Below are positions 43,982-58,700 of a stretch of DNA of 64,000 bases, in pieces. Positions within the stretch are counted from its first letter, which is position 1, and each line of letters starts with the position of its first letter. The translations under genes were made by a program, and so were the position numbers. The notes below the pieces were generated by a model. The model did not search any database and was not told where the DNA came from. It was given only the letters and a program-made list of their open reading frames with translations. Source of the stretch: Mayamaea pseudoterrestris (Eukaryota); NCBI GenBank assembly GCA_027923505.1, contig BROI01000010.1, positions 930,001-994,000 on the forward strand, given 5' to 3'.

Positions 43982-46900
43982 ACAAGTGAATGCACTATGC
44001 ACTATAAATTTGTGACCTTGGATCATGCCCCAAGCCAGTTGACAAAGAGGTTGTGGGGATCTGATGTTTGCCGCTGCTAGGATAGGCAGTCACATAGTAC
44101 CTGCTAATTGAAGCTGCTGACCTGAAGGCAAAAGGCAAGCAGGAGGCTGATGCGCAAAACAAGTTCACCAAGGAGGTATGTCTTGTGCCCTCGGATCATG
44201 CACAGTGGCTGTGCGCATAGAGTGTGTGGGCATTTCATGTTTGCCACTGCTAGGTTGGTGTTCGGCAGTTGGGTAGTACATACCAGCAACTTCTGCGGAT
44301 CTGGAGGCAGGCAACTTGCAGGAGGCAAATGCACAAAGTGAATGCACTATACAATATCTATTTGTGACCTTGGATCATGTCCCAAGCCAATTGACAAAGA
44401 GGTTGTGGGGTTCTGATGTTTGCCGCTGCTAGGATAGGCAGTCACATAGTACCTGCCAACAGAAGCTGCTGACTTGAAGGCCAAGGCAAGCAGGAGGCTG
44501 ATGCGCAAACCAAATTCACCAAGAAGGTATGTCTTGTGCCCTTGGATCTTGCACAGTGGCTGTACGCATAGGGTGTGTGGGCACTTCATGTTTGCCACTG
44601 CTAGGTTGGTGTTCGGCAGTTGGGTAGCAGGTACCAGCAACTTCTGTGGATCTGGAGGCAGGCAACAAGCAGGAGGCAGATGCACGAAGTGAATGCACTA
44701 TACAATATTCATTTGTGACCTTGGATCATGCCCAAAGCCAGTTTACAAAGAGATTGTGAGGATCTGATGTTTGCCACTGCTAGGGTAGGCAGTCACATAG
44801 TATCTGCTAACTGAAGCTGCTGACCTGAAGGCAAAAGGCAAGCAGGAGGCTGATGCGCAAAACAAAATCACCAAGGAGGTATGTCTTGTGCCCTCGGATT
44901 ATGCACAGTGGCTGTACGCATAGAGTGTGTGGGCACTTCATGTTTGCCACTGCTAGGTTGGTGTTCGGCAGTTGGGTAGTACATACCAGCAACTTCTGCG
45001 GATCTGGAAGCAGGGACAAGCAAGAGGCAAATGCACATAGTGAATGAACTATACAATATCCATTTGTGACCTTGGATCATGCCCCAAGCCAGTTTACAAA
45101 TAGGTTGTGGGGATCTGAGGATAGGCAGTCACATAGTACCTGCCAGCTGAAGCTGCCGACCTAAAGGCCAAGGCAAGCAGGAGGCTGATGCGCAAACCAA
45201 TTTCACCAAGGAAGTATGTCTTGTGCCCTTGGATCATGCACAGTGGCTGTACGCATAGAGCATGTGGGCACTTCATGTTTGCCACTGCTAGGTTGGTGTT
45301 TGGCAGCTGGGTATACATACCAGCAACTCCTGTGGATCTGGAAGCAGGCAATAAGCAGGAGGCAAATGCACATAGTGAATGCACTCTACACTATCCATTT
45401 GTGACCTTGGATCATGCCCCAAGCCAGTTTACAAAGAGGTTGTGGGGATCTGATGTTTGTCACTGCTAGGGTAGGCAGTCACATAGTACCTGCCAACTGA
45501 AGCTGCTGACCTGAAGGCAAAAGGCAAGCAGGAGGCTGATGCGCAAACCAAATTCACCAAGGAGGTATGTCTTGTGCCCTTGGATCGGCGCAATTGTGTG
45601 GGCACTTCATGTTGCTAGGTACCAGCAACTCCTGCGGATCAATAAGCAGGAGGCAAATGCACAAAGTGAATGCACTATACAATATCCATTTGTGACCTTG
45701 GATCATGCCCCAAGCCAGTTTACAAAGAGATTGTGGGGATCTGATGTTTGCCACTGCTAGGGTAGGCAGTCACATAGTACCTGCTAACTGAAGCTGCTGA
45801 CCTGAAGGCAAAAGGCAAGCAGGAGGCTGATGCGCAAAACAAATTCACCAAGGAGGTATGTCTTGTGCCCTCGGATCATGCACAGTGGCTATAGAGTGTG
45901 GGCACATGTTTGCCACTGCTAGGTTGTTGCAGTTGGGTAGTACATACCAGCAACTTCTGCGGATCTGGAAGAAGCAGGAAAACAAGCAGGAGGCAAATGC
46001 ACAAAGTGAATGCACTATATCCAATATGACCGGCATGCCCATGCCATTTACAAGAGTGGGATATGTTTGCCACTGCTAGGAGTAGTACTGCTAACTGGAA
46101 GTGCTGACCCTGAGGCAAAGGCAAACAGAGGCGCAAAACTAATTCACCAAGGAGGTATGTCTTGTGCCCTCGGATCATGCACAGTGGCTGTACGCATAGA
46201 GTGTGTGGGCACTTCATGTTTGTCACTGCTAGGTTGGTGTTCAGCAGTTGGGTAGTACATACCAGCAACTCCTGCGGATCTGGAGGCAGGCAACAAGCAG
46301 GAGGCAAATGCACATAGTGAATGCGCTATACACTATCCATTTGTGACCTTGGATCATGCTCCAAGCCAGTTTACAAAGAAGTTGTGGGGATCTGATGTTT
46401 GCCACTTGTAGGGTAGGCAGTCACATAGTACCTGCTAACTGAAGCTGCTGACCTGAAGGCATAAGGCAAGCAGGAGGCTGATGTGCAAACCAAATTCACC
46501 AAGGAGGTATGTCTTGTGCCCTCGGATCATGCACAGTGGCTGTACGCATAGAGTGTGTGGGCACTTCATGTTTGCCACTGCTAGGTTGGTGTTCGGCAGT
46601 TGGGTAGTACATACCAGCAACTTCTGCGGATCTGGAAGCAGGCAACATGCAGGAGGCAAATGCACAAAGTGAATGCACTATACAATATCCATTTGTGACC
46701 TTGGATCATGCTCCAAGCCAGTTTACAAAGAAGTTGTGGGGATCTGATGTTTGCCACTGGTAGGGTAGGCAGTCACATAGTACCTGCCAACAGAAGCTGC
46801 TGACTTGAAGGCAAAAGGCAAGCAGTGCGCAAACCAAATTCTTCAAGGAGGTATGTCTTGTGCCCTTGGATCATGCACAGTGGCTGTACGCATAGAGTGT

Positions 46901-49900
46901 GTGGGCACTTCATGTTTGCCACTGCTAGGTTGGTGTTTGGCAGTTGGGTAGCAGGTACCAGCAACTCCTGCGGATCTGGAGGCAGGCAACAAGCAGGAGG
47001 CAAATGCACAAAGTGAATGCACTATACAATATCCATTTGTGACCTTGGATCATGCCCCAAGCCAGTTTACAAAGAGTTTATGGGGATCTGATGTTTGCCA
47101 CTGCTAGGGTAGGCAGTCACATAGTACCTGCTAACTGAAGCTGCTGACCTGAAGGCAAAAGGCAAGCAGGAGGCTGATGCGCAAAACAAATTCACCAAGG
47201 AGGTATGTCTTGTGCCCTTGGATCATGCACAGTGGCTGTACGCATAGAGTGTGTGGGCACTTCATGTTTGCCACTGCTAGGTTGGTGTTTGGCAGTTGGG
47301 TAGTACATACCAGGGAGACATGCGGGGAGGCAAATGCACAAAGTGAATGCACTACACAATATCCATTTGTGACCTTGCCCATGCCCGTTTACAAAGAGAT
47401 TGTGGATCTGATGTTTGCCACTGTATGCGTAGGCAGTCACATAGTACCTGCTAACTGAAGCTGCTGACCTGAAGGCAAAAGGCAAGCAGGAGGCTGATGC
47501 GCAAAACAAATTCACCAAGGAGGTATGTCTTGTGCCCTCGGATCATGCACAGTGGCTGTACGCATAGAGTGTGTGGGCACTTCATGTTTGCCACTGCTAG
47601 GTTGGTGTTCGGCAGTTGGGTAGTACATACCAGCAACTTCTGCGGATCTGGAAGTAGGCAACATGCAGGAGGCAAATGCACAAAGTGAATGCACTATACA
47701 ATATCCATTTGTGACCTTGGATTATGCCCCAAGCCAGTTTACAAAGAGATTGTGGGGATCTGATGTTTGCCACTGCTAGGGTAGGCAGTCACATAGTACC
47801 TGCTAACTGAAGCTGCTGACCTGAAGGCAAAAGGCAAGCAGGAGGCTGATGCGCAAAACAAAGTCACCAAGGAGGTATGTCTTGTGCCCTCGGATCATGC
47901 ACAGTGGCTGTACGCATAGAGTGTGTGGGCACTTCATGTTTGCCACTGCTAGGTTGGTGTTCGGCAGTTGGGTAGTACATACCAGCAACTTCTGCGGATC
48001 TGGAAGCAGGCAACATGCAGGAGGCAAATGCACAAAGTGAATGCACTATACAATATCCATTTGTGACCTTGGATCATGCCCCAAGCCAGTTTACAAAGAG
48101 ATTGTGGGGATCTGATGTTTGCCACTGCTAGGGTAGGCAGTCACATAGTACCTGCTAACTGAAGCTGCTGACCTGAAGGCAAAAGGCAAGCAGGAGGCTG
48201 ATGCGCCAAAACACAAATATCCAGGGGTTGTGTCGGTCACGCTCCAGGTGCACTTCTCCTTTTCGTGTAGTACATACCAGCAACTTTGCGGATCTGGAAG
48301 CAGGCAACATGCAGGGAGGCAATGCACAAAGTGAATGCACTATACAATATTCATTTGTGACCTTGGATCATGCCCAAAAGCCAGTTTTACAAAAGATTGT
48401 GAGGATCTGATGTTTGCCACTGCTAGGCGGCAGTCACATAGTACCTGCTAACTGAAGCAGTGACTGAAGGCAAAAGGCAAGCAGGAGGCTGATGCGCAAA
48501 ACAAAAACCAAGGAGGTATGTCTTGTGCCCTCGGATCATGCACAGTGGTTGCACATAGAGTTGGGTATCATGTTTGTTTATCTAGGTTGGTGTCGGCAGT
48601 TGGGTAGTACATACCAGCAACTTTTGCGGATCTGGAAGCAGGCAACATGCAGGAGGCAAATGCACAAAGTGAATGCACTATACAATATTCATTTGTGACC
48701 TTGGATCATGCCCAAAGCCAGTTTACAAAGAGATTGTGAGGATCTGATGTTTGCCACTGCTAGGGTAGGCAGTCACATAGTATCTGCTAACTGAAGCTGC
48801 TGACCTGAAGGCAAAAGGCAAGCAGGAGGCTGATGCGCAAAACAAAATCACCAAGGAGGTATGTCTTGTGCCCTCGGATCATGCACAGTGGCTGTACGCA
48901 TAGAGTGTGTGGGCACTTCATGTTTGCCACTACTAGGTTGGTGTTCGGCAGTTGGGTAGTACATACCAACAATTTCTGCGGATCTGGAAGCAGGCAACAT
49001 GCAGGAGGCAAATGCACAAAGTGAATGCACTATACAATATCCATTTGTGACCTTGGATCATGCCCCAACCAGTTTACAAAGAGATTGTGGGGATCTGATG
49101 TTTGCTTACTGTTAGGTAGGCAGTCAATAGTACCTGCTAACTGAAGCTGCTGACCTGAAGGCAAAAGGCGCGCAGAGTGATGCGCAAAATAAAACCAAGG
49201 AGGTGTTTGTGCTCGATCTCACATGGTGCTGCATAGAGTGTGTGGGCAATAGTTGAGGTTGGTGTTCGGAGTTGGGTGTACATACCAGCAACCTTGGATC
49301 TGGAAGAGGCAACATGCAGGAGGCAAATGCACAAAGTGAATGCACTATAAATATCCATTTGTGACCTTGGATCATGCCCCCAAGCCAGTTTACAAAGAGA
49401 TTGTGGGGATCTGATGTTTGCTACTGTTAGGTAGGCAGTCACAGCGTTAACTGAAGTTGTGACGAAGGCAAAAGGCAAGCAGGAGTGCTGATGCGCAAAA
49501 ATCAACAAAGGAGGTTGTTTGTGCCCTGGATCAGGAAGTACAGAGTGTGTGGGTATCATGTTTGCATGGTTGGTGTTCGTGCAGTTGGGTAGTACATTAC
49601 CAGCAATTCGATCTGCAGCAGCACATGAGGAGGCAAAGACAAAGTGAATGCAATACATATCCATTTTGACGATCATGCCCCAAGCCAGTTTACAACGAGA
49701 TTGTGGGGATCTGATGTTTACACTGCTAGGGTAGGCAGTCACATCGCATCAGCTAACTGGAAGCTGACCTGAAGGCAAAAGGCAAGAGAGGTGATGCGCA
49801 AAACAAAGTTCACCAAGAGGTATGTCTTGTGCCTCGGATCATTGGACAGTGGCTGTACGTGATAGAGGTGGGCATCATGTTTGGCACTGCAGAAATTATG

Positions 49901-52745
49901 TTCGCAAGGGCAGTACATACCAACAATTTCGGATCTGGAAGCAGGCAACAAGGAGGAAATGCACAAAGTGAATGCACATAAATATCCATTTGTACTTGGA
50001 TCATGCCCACCTTACAAAGAGATTGTGGGGATCCGATGTTTGCCACTGTTAGGGTGGGCAGTCACATTGTACCTGCTAACTGAAGCTGTTGAGGAGCAAG
50101 GCAAGCAGGAGGCTGATGCAAACAAATTCACTAAGGAGGTATGTCTGGTGCTCGGATCATGCACAGTGGCTGTACGCATAGAGTGTGGGATTGTTTGCTA
50201 CTGCTAGGTCGGTGTTCACAGTTGGGTAGTACATACCAGCAACTTCGGTGTGGAAGCAGGCAACATGAGGAGGAATGCACAAAGTGAATGCACTATACAA
50301 TATCCATTTGTGACCTTGGACTGTCCTGCAGTTTACAAAGAGATTGTGGGGATCTGATGTTTAAGCCACTGTTGGGTAGGCAGTCACATAGTACCTGCTA
50401 ACTGAAGCTGCTGACCTGAAGGCAAAAGGGCAAGCAGAGGCTGATAAAACAAAACAGAGGGGCGTGTCTTGTGCCTCGGATCAACAACAGTTGCAGAGTG
50501 TGTGGGCACATGTTAGCCACTGCTAGGTTGGGAGTTGGTACATACCAGCAACTTCTGGAAGCAGGCAACATGCAGAGGAAATGCACAAAGTGCATGCACA
50601 TGACAAACCATTGATCTGGATGGCCAAGTTACAAAGAGATGGGGATCTGATGTTTGCCATCGTAAGTAGGCAGTCGATATAGTATCAAGTAACTGAAGTG
50701 CTGACCTGAAGAAGGGAGGGATGCAAAAATTCACCAAGGGAGGTATATCTTGTGCCTCGATCATGCACAGTGGATGGGATCATGTACACCAGGTTGAGTG
50801 GGTAGTACATACCAGCAACTTTCTGATCTGGAAGCAGGCAACAACATGCAGGGAGGCAAATGCACAAAGTGAATGCACCATACAATATCCATTTTAACTG
50901 ATCATATGCCCCAAGCCAGTTTACAAAGAGATTAGATCTGATGTGCATTGCTAGGTAGGCAGTCACATAGTACTTGCTAACTGAAGCTGCTGACCTGAAG
51001 GCAAAAGGCAAGCAGGAGGCTGATGCGCAAAACAAATTGGAGGTCTGAAATCTGACCAGTGGTCAGGTATGCATAGATGCAGCACTGTGTGTTGGTGTGT
51101 TGAGTGTACATACCAGCAATTGGTGATTCTAAAGGCAACATGCAGGAGGCAAATGCACAAAGTGAATGCACTATACAATATCCATTTCAGACCTTGGATG
51201 TTTCCCGCCAGGCTTGCAAAGAGATTGTGGGGATCTGATGTAACACTGCTAGGTAGGCAGTCGTACCTGGTTAACTGTAGTTGCTACCTGAAGGCAAAAG
51301 GCAAGCAGGAGGCTGATGCGCAAAACAAATTCACCAAGGAGGTATGTCTAGCGGATTGGGCACAGTGGCTGTACGCATAGAGTGTATGGGACTTCATGTT
51401 TGCCACTGCTAGGTTGGTGTTCGGCAGTTGGGCAGTACATACCAGCAACTTCTGAGATCTGGAAGCAGGCAACATGCAGGAGAATGCAAAGTGATGCACA
51501 TATACAACATTCATTTGTGACCTTGGACTGGCTGCCCCAGAAGCCAGTTTACAAAGAGATGTCAGGGGATCTGATGTTTTGCCACTCGCTAGGTTAGGCA
51601 GTCACATAGTACCGTGACTGAAGCTGCTGACCTGAAGGCAAAAGGCAAGCAGGAGGCTGATGCACGCAAATACACAATTCACCAAAGAGGTATGTCTTTG
51701 TCCCCTCGGATCATGCACAGTGGCTCGCATAGAGTGTGTGGGCACTTCATGTTTCTGCCACTGCAGGTTGGTGTTCCCGGCAGTTGGGTGAGTACATACC
51801 AGCAACGCCAAGTCTGGAAGCAGGCAACATGCAGGAGGCAAATGCACAAAGTGAATGTAATTATACAATATCCACAAAATTGGATGCTCCAAGCAGTTTA
51901 CACAAAGAGATTTGTGGGATCTAGCTTTTTTCTGCCATCGGTAGGTAGCCTACACACTACACTGGAAGTGCTGACCTGAAGGCAAAAGGCAAAGCAGGAG
52001 GCTGGATGCAAAACAAATCTTCACCAAGGAGTGTCTTGTGCCTCGGATCATGCACAGTGGCTGTACACATAGAGTGTGTGGGGCAATTTCATGTTTGCCA
52101 CTGCTAGGCTGGTGTTCGGCAGTTGGGCAGTACATACCAGTAACTTCTATGGATCTGGAAGTAGGCAACATGGGCAGAGGCAAATACAATGTGCTAGAAT
52201 TATACAATATTCTTTTGTGCCTTGGATCATGCCCCAAGCCAGTTGTACAAAGAGATTGTGGGGATCTGATGTTTGCCACTGCTAAGGGTTGGCAGTCACA
52301 CTTGTCGTACCTGTAACTGAAGCTGCTGACCTGAAGGCAAAAGGCAAGCAGGAGGCTGATGCGCAAAACAAATTCATCCAGGAGGTATGTCTTGTGCCCT
52401 GGATCATGCACAGTGGCTGTACGCATAGAGTGTGTGTGGGCACTCCATGTTTGCCACTCTAGGTTGGTGTTCGCAGTTGGGTAGTACATACCAGCAACTT
52501 CGCGGATCTGGAAGCAGGCAACATGCAGGATGTAAAATGCACAAAGTGAATGCACTATAATAATATCCATTTGTGAGCTTGGATCATCCCAAGCCAGTTT
52601 ACAAAGAGATAGGGATCTGATGTTTGGCATCAATGCCGCTGACCTGAAGGCAAAAGGTGCTGGTGAGGCTGATGCGCAAAACAAATACACCAAGGAGGTA
52701 GTAAATTGTCGTATGCCACCACAGTGGCAGTACAAAGTGAAAGAA
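43982..52745. repeat. Satellite C (352-bp unit, a diverged 173+179-bp dimer), roughly 25 units
   Basis: ORF-track repeat spacing 47451 to 47803 = 352; paired half-motifs TTGTGACCTTGGATCATGC/TTGTGCCCTCGGATCATGC, and ATGTTTGCCACTGCTAGG twice per unit. Confidence 0.95.
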
Positions 52746-52757
52746 TTGGTGGGTGGC

Positions 52758-55700
52758 ACATGCAGATTCTTCCGTCAAAGCCCCATGCCTGGCCACCCAA
52801 ATACCCAATGAGTCCTCAATGACAGAAGTAAAAATATGTCCAGGGTAGGCCATTGACAGGTGCAGTTGAAAAAGGATGCCTGGAGGTGACAATGGGAGGA
52901 TTGGGTATGGCCAACACCACAAGTTGCAGATTCTCCCTGTCAAACGCATGCCCTGGCCACCCAAATACCCAATGAGTCAGGCAAACATGTGTGTCCAGGG
53001 GATATTGACAGGTGCAGAGTCTCAAATGGCAAAAAGGACTGAGGAAAACATGGTACGGATTGGGTGGTATGGCCAACACCACAAGTTGAGATCCTGTCAA
53101 ACGCCCCATGCCCTGGCCACCCAAATACCCAATGAGTCAGGCAAACATGTCCAGGGATGCCAGCTGACAGTGCAGAGTCAATGGAGTAAAAGGACTGCCT
53201 GGAGGCTGACACTGGGTACGTCTCCACTTGGGTATGGCCAACACCACAAGAAAGATTCTCAAAAGTCCATGCCCTGGCCACCCAAAACAATGAGTCAGGC
53301 AATACATGTCCAGAGTAGCTGGACAGGCGTCATGGTGCAAAAGGACTGCCTGGGAGGCTGAACCATGGGCACGGCTCAGTGGGTATTGGCCAACACCACA
53401 AGTTCGATTCTCCTGTCAAACGCCCATGCGGGTGCCTCAAATACCAATGAGTCAGGAAAACATGTCCAGGGGATGCCATTGACAGGGTTCTCTTGCCTTT
53501 TGGCACCCAAATACCGATGAGTCAGGGCAAAAAATGTCCAGTGCTTGACAGGTGCAATAGTTCATGGTGCAAAAAAGGACTGCCTAGGAGGGCTCCATGG
53601 GTATGGTCAACACCACAAGTTGTCAGATTCACCCCGTCAAACGCCCATGTCCGTGGCCACCCAAATACCAATGAGTCAGGCAAAATTCAGGGGGATTGAA
53701 GGTGCAGAGAGTCTCAAATGGTGCAAAAGGGACTGTGGGTGACACCATGGGCACGGCCTCCATGTGGGTTGGCCAACACCACAAGTTGTAGATTCTTCGT
53801 CAAACGCCCATGCTGGCACACAAATACCAATGAGTCAGGCCAAACATGTCCAGGGGATGACATTGACAGGTGCAGAGTCTCAAATGGTGCAAAAAGGACT
53901 GCCTGGAGGCTGACACCATGGGTACGCCTCATGTGGCCAACACACAAGTTGTCGATTTCTTCAACGCCCTGCCTGGCCACCCAAATACCCAACAGTCAGG
54001 CAAAACATGTCCAGGTTGCCATAGTGAAGTTCTGGTGCAAAAGGACTGCTGGAGGCTGACACGGGTTAGGGAGGCCAAACCACAAGTTGCCGACCTGTCA
54101 AACCCATGCCTGGGCCCACCCAAATACCCAATGAGTCAGGCAAAACATGTCCAGGGTATGCCATTGACAGGTGCAGAGTCCAAATGGTGCAAAAGGACTG
54201 CCTGGGAGGCTGACACCATGGGTACGGCCCCACGGTGGGTATGGCCAACACCACAAGTTGCAGATTCTCCTGTCAAACGCCCCATGCCCCACAAAACAAT
54301 GAGTCAGGCAAAACATGTCCAGGGTATGCCATTGACAGCTGCATAGTCTCCAAATGGTGCAAAGGACTGCTGAGGCTGAAGGTCTCCAGTGGATGGCCAA
54401 CACCACAAGTTGCAGATCTGCCCTGTCAAACGCCCCATGCCCTGCCACCCAAATACCCAATGAGTCAGGCAAAAATGTCCGGACAAGACTGTGAGGGACA
54501 AGGGCATGCCATGTGGGTATGGCCAACACCACAAGTTGGATCTTCGTCAAACCGCGGCAAAAACCAAAGTCAGGATGTCCGGATGCTGACAGGTAGTCAA
54601 ATGGTGCAAAACTGCCGAGGCTGACAACCAGGGTAGGCCTCCACTGTGGAGTATGGCCAACACACAAGTTGTCAGATTTTCCTGTCAAACGCCCCATGCC
54701 CGGCCACCCAAATACCCAATGAGTCAGGCCAAACATGTCCAGGGTATGCATTGACAGGTGCATAGTCTCAAATGGTGCAAAAAAGGACCGCCTGAGGGAC
54801 ACCATGGGCACGGCCCCACGTGGGTATGGCCAACACCACAAGTTGCGACCCCTGTCAAACCCCCATGCCGGCCACCAAATACCCAATGAGTCAGGCAAAA
54901 CATTTCCAGGGGATGCATTGACAGGTGCATAGTCTCAAATGGTGCAGAAAGGACTGCCTGAGGGAACCAGGGTAGTCCATGTGGGTATGGCCAACACCAC
55001 AAGTTGCAGATCTCCCTGTCAAAGCCTGGCCACCAAAACCCAAGAGTCAGGCAAAACATGTCCAGGGTATGCATTGACAGGTGATAGTCTCAAATGGTGC
55101 AAAAAGTGACTGCGAGGCTGACAAAGGGTAGGGCTCCAGTGGGTATGGCCAACACCACCAGTTGCAGATCATCCGTCAAACGCCCCATGCCTGGGCCACC
55201 CAAATACCAAGTCAGGCAAATGTCCAGGGGATGCATTGACAGGTGCAGAGTCTCAAATGGTGCAAAAAGGACTGCCTGAGGCTGACAACATGGGTAAGGC
55301 CTCCACTGTGGGTATGGCCAACACCACAAGTTGCAGATTTCCCTGTCAAACGCCCATGCTGGCCACCCAAATACCCAATGAGTCAGGCAAAACATGTCCA
55401 GGGTATGCCATGGACAGGTGCATAGTCTCAAATGGTGCAAAAAGGACTGCCTGGAGGCTGACACCACTGTGGGTATGGCCAACACCACAAGTTGCAGATT
55501 CTTCCCTGTCAAACGCCCCATGCCCTGGCCACCCAAATACCCAATGAGTCAGGCAAAACATGTCCAAGGATTGGATTTACAGATGCAATATCTCAAATGG
55601 TGCAAAAAGGACTGTGAGGTGACAACATGGGTACGGCCTCCACGGTGGGTATGGCCAACACCACAAGTTGTCGATTCTGACCTGTCAAACGCCCCATGCC

Positions 55701-58700
55701 CTGGCCACCCAAATACCCAATGAGTCAGGCAAAACATGTCCAGGGTATGCCATTGACAGGTGCAGAGTCTCAAATGGTGCAAAAAGGACTGCCTGGAGGC
55801 TGACACCATGGGTACGGCCTCCACGGTGGGTATGGCCAACACCACAAGTTGTCGATTCTGACCTGTCAAACGCCCCATGCCCTGGCCACCCAAATACCCA
55901 ATGAGTCAGGCCAAACATGTCCAGGGTATGCCATTGACAGGTGCAGAGTCTCAAATGGTGCAAAAAGGACTGCCTGGAGGCTGACACCATGGGTACGGCC
56001 TCCAGGGTGGGTATGGCCAACACCACAAGTTGTCGATTCTGACCTGTCAAACGCCCCATGCCCTGGCCACCCAAATACCCAATGAGTCAGGCCAAACATG
56101 TCCAGGGTATGCCATTGACAGGTGCATAGTCTCAAATGGTGCAAAAAGGACTGCCTGGAGGCTGACAACATGGGTACGGCCTCCACGGTGGGTATGGCCA
56201 ACACCACAAGTTGTCGATTCTGACCTGTCAAACGCCCCATGCCCTGGCCACCCAAATACCCAATGAGTCAGGCCAAACATGTCCAGGGTATGCCATTGAC
56301 AGGTGCATAGTCTCAAATGGTGCAAAAAGGACTGCCTGGAGGCTGACACCATGGGTACGGCCTCCACGGTGGGTATGGCCAACACCACAAGTTGCAGATT
56401 CTGACCTGTCAAACGCTCTTATGCCCTGGCCACCCAAATACCCAATGAGTCAGGCCAAACATGTCCAGGGTATGCCATTGACAGGTGCATAGTCTCAAAT
56501 GGTGCAAAAAGGACTGCCTGGAGGCTGACACCATGGGTACGGCCTCCACGGTGGGTATGGCCAACACCACAAGTTGTCGATTCTGACCTGTCAAACGCCC
56601 CATGCCCTGGCCACCCAAATACCCAATGAGTCAGGCCAAACATGTCCAGGGTATGCCATTGACAGGTGCATAGTCTCAAATGGTGCAAAAGGACTGCCTG
56701 GAGGCTGACACCATGGGTACGGCCTCCACGGTGGGTACGGCCAACACCACAAGTTGTCGATTCTGACCTGTCAAACGCCCCATGCCCTGGCCACCCAAAT
56801 ACCCAATGAGTCAGGCCAAACATGTCCAGGGTATGCCATTGACAGGTGCATAGTCTCAAATGGTGCAAAAAGGACTGCCTGGAGGCTGACACCATGGGTA
56901 CGGCCTCCACGGTGGGTATGGCCAACACCACAAGTTGTCGATTCTGACCTGTCAAACGCCCCATGCCCTGGCCACCCAAATACCCAATGAGTCAGGCCAA
57001 ACATGTCCAGGGTATGCCATTGACAGGTGCAGAGTCTCAAATGGTGCAAAAGGACTGCCTGGAGGCTGACACCATGGGTACGGCCTCCACGGTGGGTATG
57101 GCCAACACCACAAGTTGTCGATTCTGACCTGTCAAACGCCCCATGCCCTGGCCACCCAAATACCCGATGAGTCAGGCAAAACATGTCCAGGGTATGCCAT
57201 TGACAGGTGCAGAGTCTCAAATGGTGCAAAAAGGACTGCCTGGAGGCTGACACCATGGGTACGGCCTCCACGGTGGGTATGGCCAACACCACAAGTTGTC
57301 GATTCTGACCTGTCAAACGCCCCATGCCCTGGCCACCCAAATACCCAATGAGTCAGGCCAAACATGTCCAGGGTATGCCATTGACAGGTGCAGAGTCTCA
57401 AATGGTGCAAAAAGGACTGCCTGGAGGCTGACACCATGGGTACGGCCTCCACGGTGGGTATGGCCAACACCGCAAGTTGTCGATTCTTTACCTGTCAAAC
57501 GCCCCATGCCCTGGCCACCCAAATACCCAATGAGTCAGGCCAAACATGTCCAGGGTATGCCATTGACAGGTGCATAGTCTCAAATGGTGCAAAAAGGACT
57601 GCCTGGAGGCTGACACCATGGGTACGGCCTCCACGGTGGGTATGGCCAACACCACAAGTTGTCGATTCTGACCTGTCAAACGCCCCATGCCCTGGCCACC
57701 CAAATACCCAATGAGTCAGGCAAAACATGTCCAGGGTATGCCATTGACAGGTGCATAGTCTCAAATGGTGCAAAAAGGACTGCCTGGAGGCTGACACCAT
57801 GGGTACGGCCTCCACGGTGGGTATGGCCAACACCACAAGTTGTCGATTCTGACCTGTCAAACGCCCCATGCCCTGGCCACCCAAATACCCAATGAGTCAG
57901 GCCAAACATGTCCAGGGTATGCCATTGACAGGTGCAGAGTCTCAAATGGTGCAAAAAGGACTGCCTGGAGGCTGACACCATGGGTACGGCCTCCACGGTG
58001 GGTATGGCCAACACCACAAGTTGTCGATTCTTACCTGTCAAACGCCCCATGCCCTGGCCACCCAAATACCCAATGAGTCAGGCCAAACATGTCCAGGGTA
58101 TGCCATTGACAGGTGCATAGTCTCAAATGGTGCAAAAAGGACTGCCTGGAGGCTGACAACATGGGTACGGCCTCCACGGTGGGTATGGCCAACACCACAA
58201 GTTGTCGATTCTGACCTGTCAAACGCCCCATGCCCTGGCCACCCAAATACCCAATGAGTCAGGCAAAACATGTCCAGGGTATGCCATTGACAGGTGCATA
58301 GTCTCAAATGGTGCAAAAAGGACTGCCTGGAGGCTGACACCATGGGTACGGCCTCCACGGTGGGTATGGCCAACACCACAAGTTGTCGATTCTGACCTGT
58401 CAAACGCCCCATGCCCTGGCCACCCAAATACCCAATGAGTCAGGCCAAACATGTCCAGGGTATGCCATTGACAGGTGCAGAGTCTCAAATGGTGCAAAAG
58501 GACTGCCTGGAGGCTGACAACATGGGTACGGCCTCCACGGTGGGTATGGCCAACACCACAAGTTGTCGATTCTTACCTGTCAAACGCCCCATGCCCTGGC
58601 CACCCAAATACCCAATGAGTCAGGCAAAACATGTCCAGGGTATGCCATTGACAGGTGCAGAGTCTCAAATGGTGCAAAAAGGACTGCCTGGAGGCTGACA

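Noticed and set aside
48210..48270. Short non-satellite sequence inside satellite C
   Set aside because: No TSD or terminal repeats, and it lies at the edge of the error-rich zone; probably base-calling noise.
48400..55600. Apparently ancient, highly diverged satellite zone
   Set aside because: Differences are dominated by scattered small deletions spanning two families, typical of low-coverage long-read consensus error; not accepted as biological without reads.
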